Assembly: GCF_963506605.1 (NCBI RefSeq)
Contig: NC_083288.1
Location: 29,822,001-29,886,000, forward strand
DNA length: 64,000 nt
Reading direction: 5' to 3'
Origin: Zootoca vivipara
Lineage: Eukaryota
Shown here: in pieces, positions 61,100-64,000 of the stretch
How the letters are laid out: the number at the start of each line of letters is the position of its first letter
Numbering within the stretch: the first letter of the stretch is position 1
Translations under genes and position numbers: made by a program
Notes under the pieces: model-generated
What the model saw: the letters and a program-made list of their open reading frames with translations, nothing else
The model's database searches: none
What the model was told of the DNA's origin: nothing

Positions 61100-61820
61100 T
61101 TTATTTTTATACCCCGCCCATCTGGCTGGGTTTCCCCAGCCACTCTGGGCAGCTTCCAACAGACATTAAAATACAACAATCTATTAAACATTAAAAGCTT
61201 CCCTAAACAGGGCTGCCTTCAGATGTCTCCTAAAAGTCTGGTACAGTGGTACCTCGGTTTATGAACACAATTGGTTCCGGAAGTCTCTTCATAAACTGAA
61301 GCGTTCATAAACTGAAGCGAACTTTCCCATTGAAAGTAATGGAAAGTGGATTAATCCGTTCCAGACGGGTCCGCGGAGTACTTAAACTGAAGCGTTCATA
61401 AACTGAAGCATGGGTGTAATTGGTTCCGGAAGTCTGTTCATAAACTGAAGCATTCATAAACTGAAGCGAACTTTCCCATTGAAAGTAATGGAAAATGAAT
61501 TAATCCGTTCCAGATGGGTCCGCGGCGTTCATAAACCGAAAATTCATAAACCGAGGTGTTCATAAACCGAGGTTCCACTGTAGTTGTTTATCTCTTTGAC
61601 ATCTGGTGGGAGGGCATTCCACAGGGCGGGTGCCACTACCGAGAAGGCCCTCTGCCTGGTTCCCTGTAGCTTGGCTTTTCGTAGCGAGGGAACTGCCAGA
61701 AGGCCCTCGGCGCTGGACCTCAGTGTCAGGGCAGAACGATGGGGGTGGAGATATACTGGTATACTGGACTGAGGCCGTTTAGGGCTTTAAAGGTCAGCAC
61801 CAACACTTTGAATTGTGCTC
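61100..61820 (-). mobile_element. L2 LINE 3' fragment interrupted by a MITE
   Basis: Reverse of ...KVLVLTFKALNGL...; (AAT)n tail at ~61074-61100. Confidence 0.78.
61244..61580. mobile_element. Tc1/mariner MITE with internal ~148-bp-period duplication
   Basis: TA TSD, TIR CAGTGGTACCTCGGTTTATGAAC...GTTCATAAACCGAGGTTCCACTG. Confidence 0.88.
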
Positions 61821-62076
61821 AGAAAGGAAGACTAATGAGTGGGTGTTTCAAACTTGAATGTCAGGATGCCAGTCTCCTTTGTGATTGGCTAGGAAGGCTA
61901 GCCATATCCAGCTGTACTCCCTCCCTTTAGAAGTAACTGAAACTTTGTCAAAATTAAAGGGAGACCGTCTGTCTGTTCACACAGTTTGGCTAATAATAAT
62001 AATAATAATATCTCAAAGATTTTAAGAAGTGTAAGACAGATCCATATTGTTGCATACCACTCCAATCACCAAGTGT

Positions 62077-62218
62077 TGTGAGATTCCAGGGGTCCCAGGT
62101 GCTTACCCAGGGTCTCTGTTTCCTTTGGAATGAGGCACAGTGGAGGCTGTGGTGTCTTTAGGCCAAGGGCTTTATTTGCACATATATAGAACCTTAGCCT
62201 ACAAGGGAGGGGTTCACA
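62077..62218 (-). mobile_element. Short LTR-like fragment truncating the V2R exon
   Basis: TGTGA...TCACA termini, TATA and AATAAA on minus strand, followed by a TGG-starting PBS-like sequence. Confidence 0.5.
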
Positions 62219-62634
62219 GCAGTTATAATCCACACTTTTGCAAAGTTGTCAGTCTTGAACAACTCAGCATGCTCTATTTTGGTTATTAAATTCCAAAGAG
62301 AGCGGGAATTTCCACTGACAACAAGCACATTGACATCTCTTAAAAGTAGCAACCCTATTTTTGTCACGTCTTTTTCTGAATCACGTTTTAGGTTTTCTAC
62401 CCTGTGTGAGAAGGCAACACAAATGCCATTGTGGGCAAGTAGAGGTGTTAAAATCTGCAAAAATGTTTCTCCATCGTCATCATCTGAAATGAAGAGGCCA
62501 ACCCACGTCCATTTGAAATGTAGGAGCAGCTTGACAATTGCATTGGGCTGAATGGTTTCACTTGGAGTCATCCGGTAGAGGGAAGGGAAGTTAGTTTTAC
62601 CTGTGAGTGCTGTGTCATACGCACCATAAGTGAG
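62219..62634 (-). pseudogene. Vomeronasal type-2 receptor (V2R, class C GPCR) extracellular-domain exon, truncated
   Basis: CAG acceptor then LTYGAYD...FPSLYRMTPSE.IQ..AIVKLLLHFKWTWVGL.ISDDDDGE.F...NGICVAF...AKVWIITA; exon stops abruptly. Confidence 0.88.
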
Positions 62635-62992
62635 CTGATGAGGAAAACATGGCTGCTTAGATCTCCGAAAAATAACAAAATGTAGCATTTCCCCAAAGTA
62701 TATGATTTCCAACTAAACATTTTAGTCTGTAAACTTATGCACATGTCACTGAAGTCAGACTCATTGAACACAGAACTATTCCCACTGGTCATCTCTGCAC
62801 CATCACACACCCATTGCTTACCATGATTCAGGGGTACCATCAGTAAAGTGAGACATGGTTTACACAGGAAGGATCTCCCAGGATTGGGAAACTTGAATGT
62901 TCCAGTTGCTTCCATCCAGTACATAAATAGTAGCAGTTGGGCCAAACAGCATGACCCTATTCTTCCCTTCAACATGATTAAAATAATTCATC

Positions 62993-64000
62993 TTGTGGTT
63001 TTGTCTTTTGGGGCTGTGTGAGAGTAAGTTTGTGTGCTTATTTGTTTTCTTACTTGTTTGTGTGCTTGTGCTGGTTTTCTAGGGCTGCTGCCTCTTGGAT
63101 TTGGGTGACTGTCCAGGCTTGTGTGGGTGTTTGTTTCTGGCTGTGACCTTGTTTGTTTCTGGCTGTGACCTTTCACCTAGAAGTGTGAGTCAGGAAGTTC
63201 AGGTGATTAGCTGTGGGCGGAGCTAGTCAGAGCTTGGAGTGCAGCGACTGAGGAAGGAGCAGAAGGTGAGCTGAGCTTGGGAGACACTCTGTAGGTTTTG
63301 TGGTTTTGTCTTTTGGGGCTGTGTGTGAGTAAGTTTGTGTGCTTATTTGTTTTCTTACTTGTTTGTGTGCTTGTGCTGGTTTTCTAGGGCTGCTGCCTCT
63401 TGGATTTGGGTGACTGTCCAGGCTTGTGTGGGTGTTTGTTTCTGGCTGTGACCTTGTTTGTTTCTGGCTGTGACCTTTCACCTAGAAGTGTGAGTCAGGA
63501 AGTTCAGGTGATTAGCTGTGGGCGGAGCTAGTCAGAGCTTGGAGTGCAGCGACTTAGGAAGGAGCAGAAGGTGAGCTGAGCTTGGGAGACACTCTGTAGG
63601 TTTTGTGGTTTTGTCTTTTGGGGCTGTGTGTGAGTAAGTTTGTGTGCTTATTTGTTTTCTTACTTGTTTGTGTGCTTGTGCTGGTTTTCTAGGGCTGCTG
63701 CCTCTTGGATTTGGGTGACTGTCCAGGCTTGTGTGGGTGTTTGTTTCTGGCTGTGACCTTGTTTGTTTCTGGCTGTGACCTTTCACCTAGAAGTGTGAGT
63801 CAGGAAGTTCAGGTGATTAGCTGTGGGCGGAGCTAGTCAGAGCTTGGAGTGCAGCGACTGAGGAAGGAGCAGAAGGTGAGCTGAGCTTGGGAGACACTCT
63901 GTAGGTTTTGTGGTTTTGTCTTTTGGGGCTGTGTGTGAGTAAGTTTGTGTGCTTATTTGTTTTCTTACTTGTTTGTGTGCTTGTGCTGGTTTTCTAGGGC
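62993..64000. repeat. 305-bp tandem repeat (>=3.3 near-identical copies, runs off window)
   Basis: Near-identical minus-strand ORFs recur at 63227 and 63532; unit contains an internal ~21-bp dimer. Confidence 0.95.

Noticed and set aside
62635-62975. Upstream part of ORF 62194-62712 and ORF 62568-62975 as V2R coding
   Set aside because: V2R similarity begins at the CAG acceptor (62635); upstream appears intronic
62988-63786. Repeated 84-aa ORFs, or a CRISPR-like array
   Set aside because: Identical tandem units with no unique spacers, no cas genes, eukaryotic context

Overview
Eukaryotic (vertebrate) DNA, almost certainly a squamate lizard and probably a lacertid, judged from a lacertid-type Sauria SINE and the LINE/MITE repertoire. 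The window is an olfactory receptor (OR) cluster, all genes on the minus strand. It holds seven intact-looking family-14-like class II ORs (two A-type, four B-type, one divergent C-type) and three copies of a trio of truncated OR pseudogenes, arranged as recent ~10-20 kb tandem segmental duplications. Each intact OR has a conserved upstream module: O/E(Ebf)-like sites, a TATA box, a short non-coding exon with a GT donor, and an acceptor 4-5 nt before the ATG. An eighth, orphan copy of this module is also present. Interspersed are a 4-kb 5'-truncated L1, a decayed Ngaro-type tyrosine-recombinase retrotransposon (RT/RNase H, YR, SGNH hydrolase), a probable solo Ngaro repeat, RTE-X, L2, Rex1 and CR1 fragments, Penelope remnants (one with a minimal hammerhead ribozyme motif), solo LTRs, and many hAT and Tc1/mariner MITEs, several with empty sites visible in paralogous copies. 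The right end has a truncated V2R (vomeronasal type-2 receptor) exon and a near-perfect 305-bp tandem array. No prokaryotic systems or CRISPR. Family assignments come from motif recognition only; no database searches were run.
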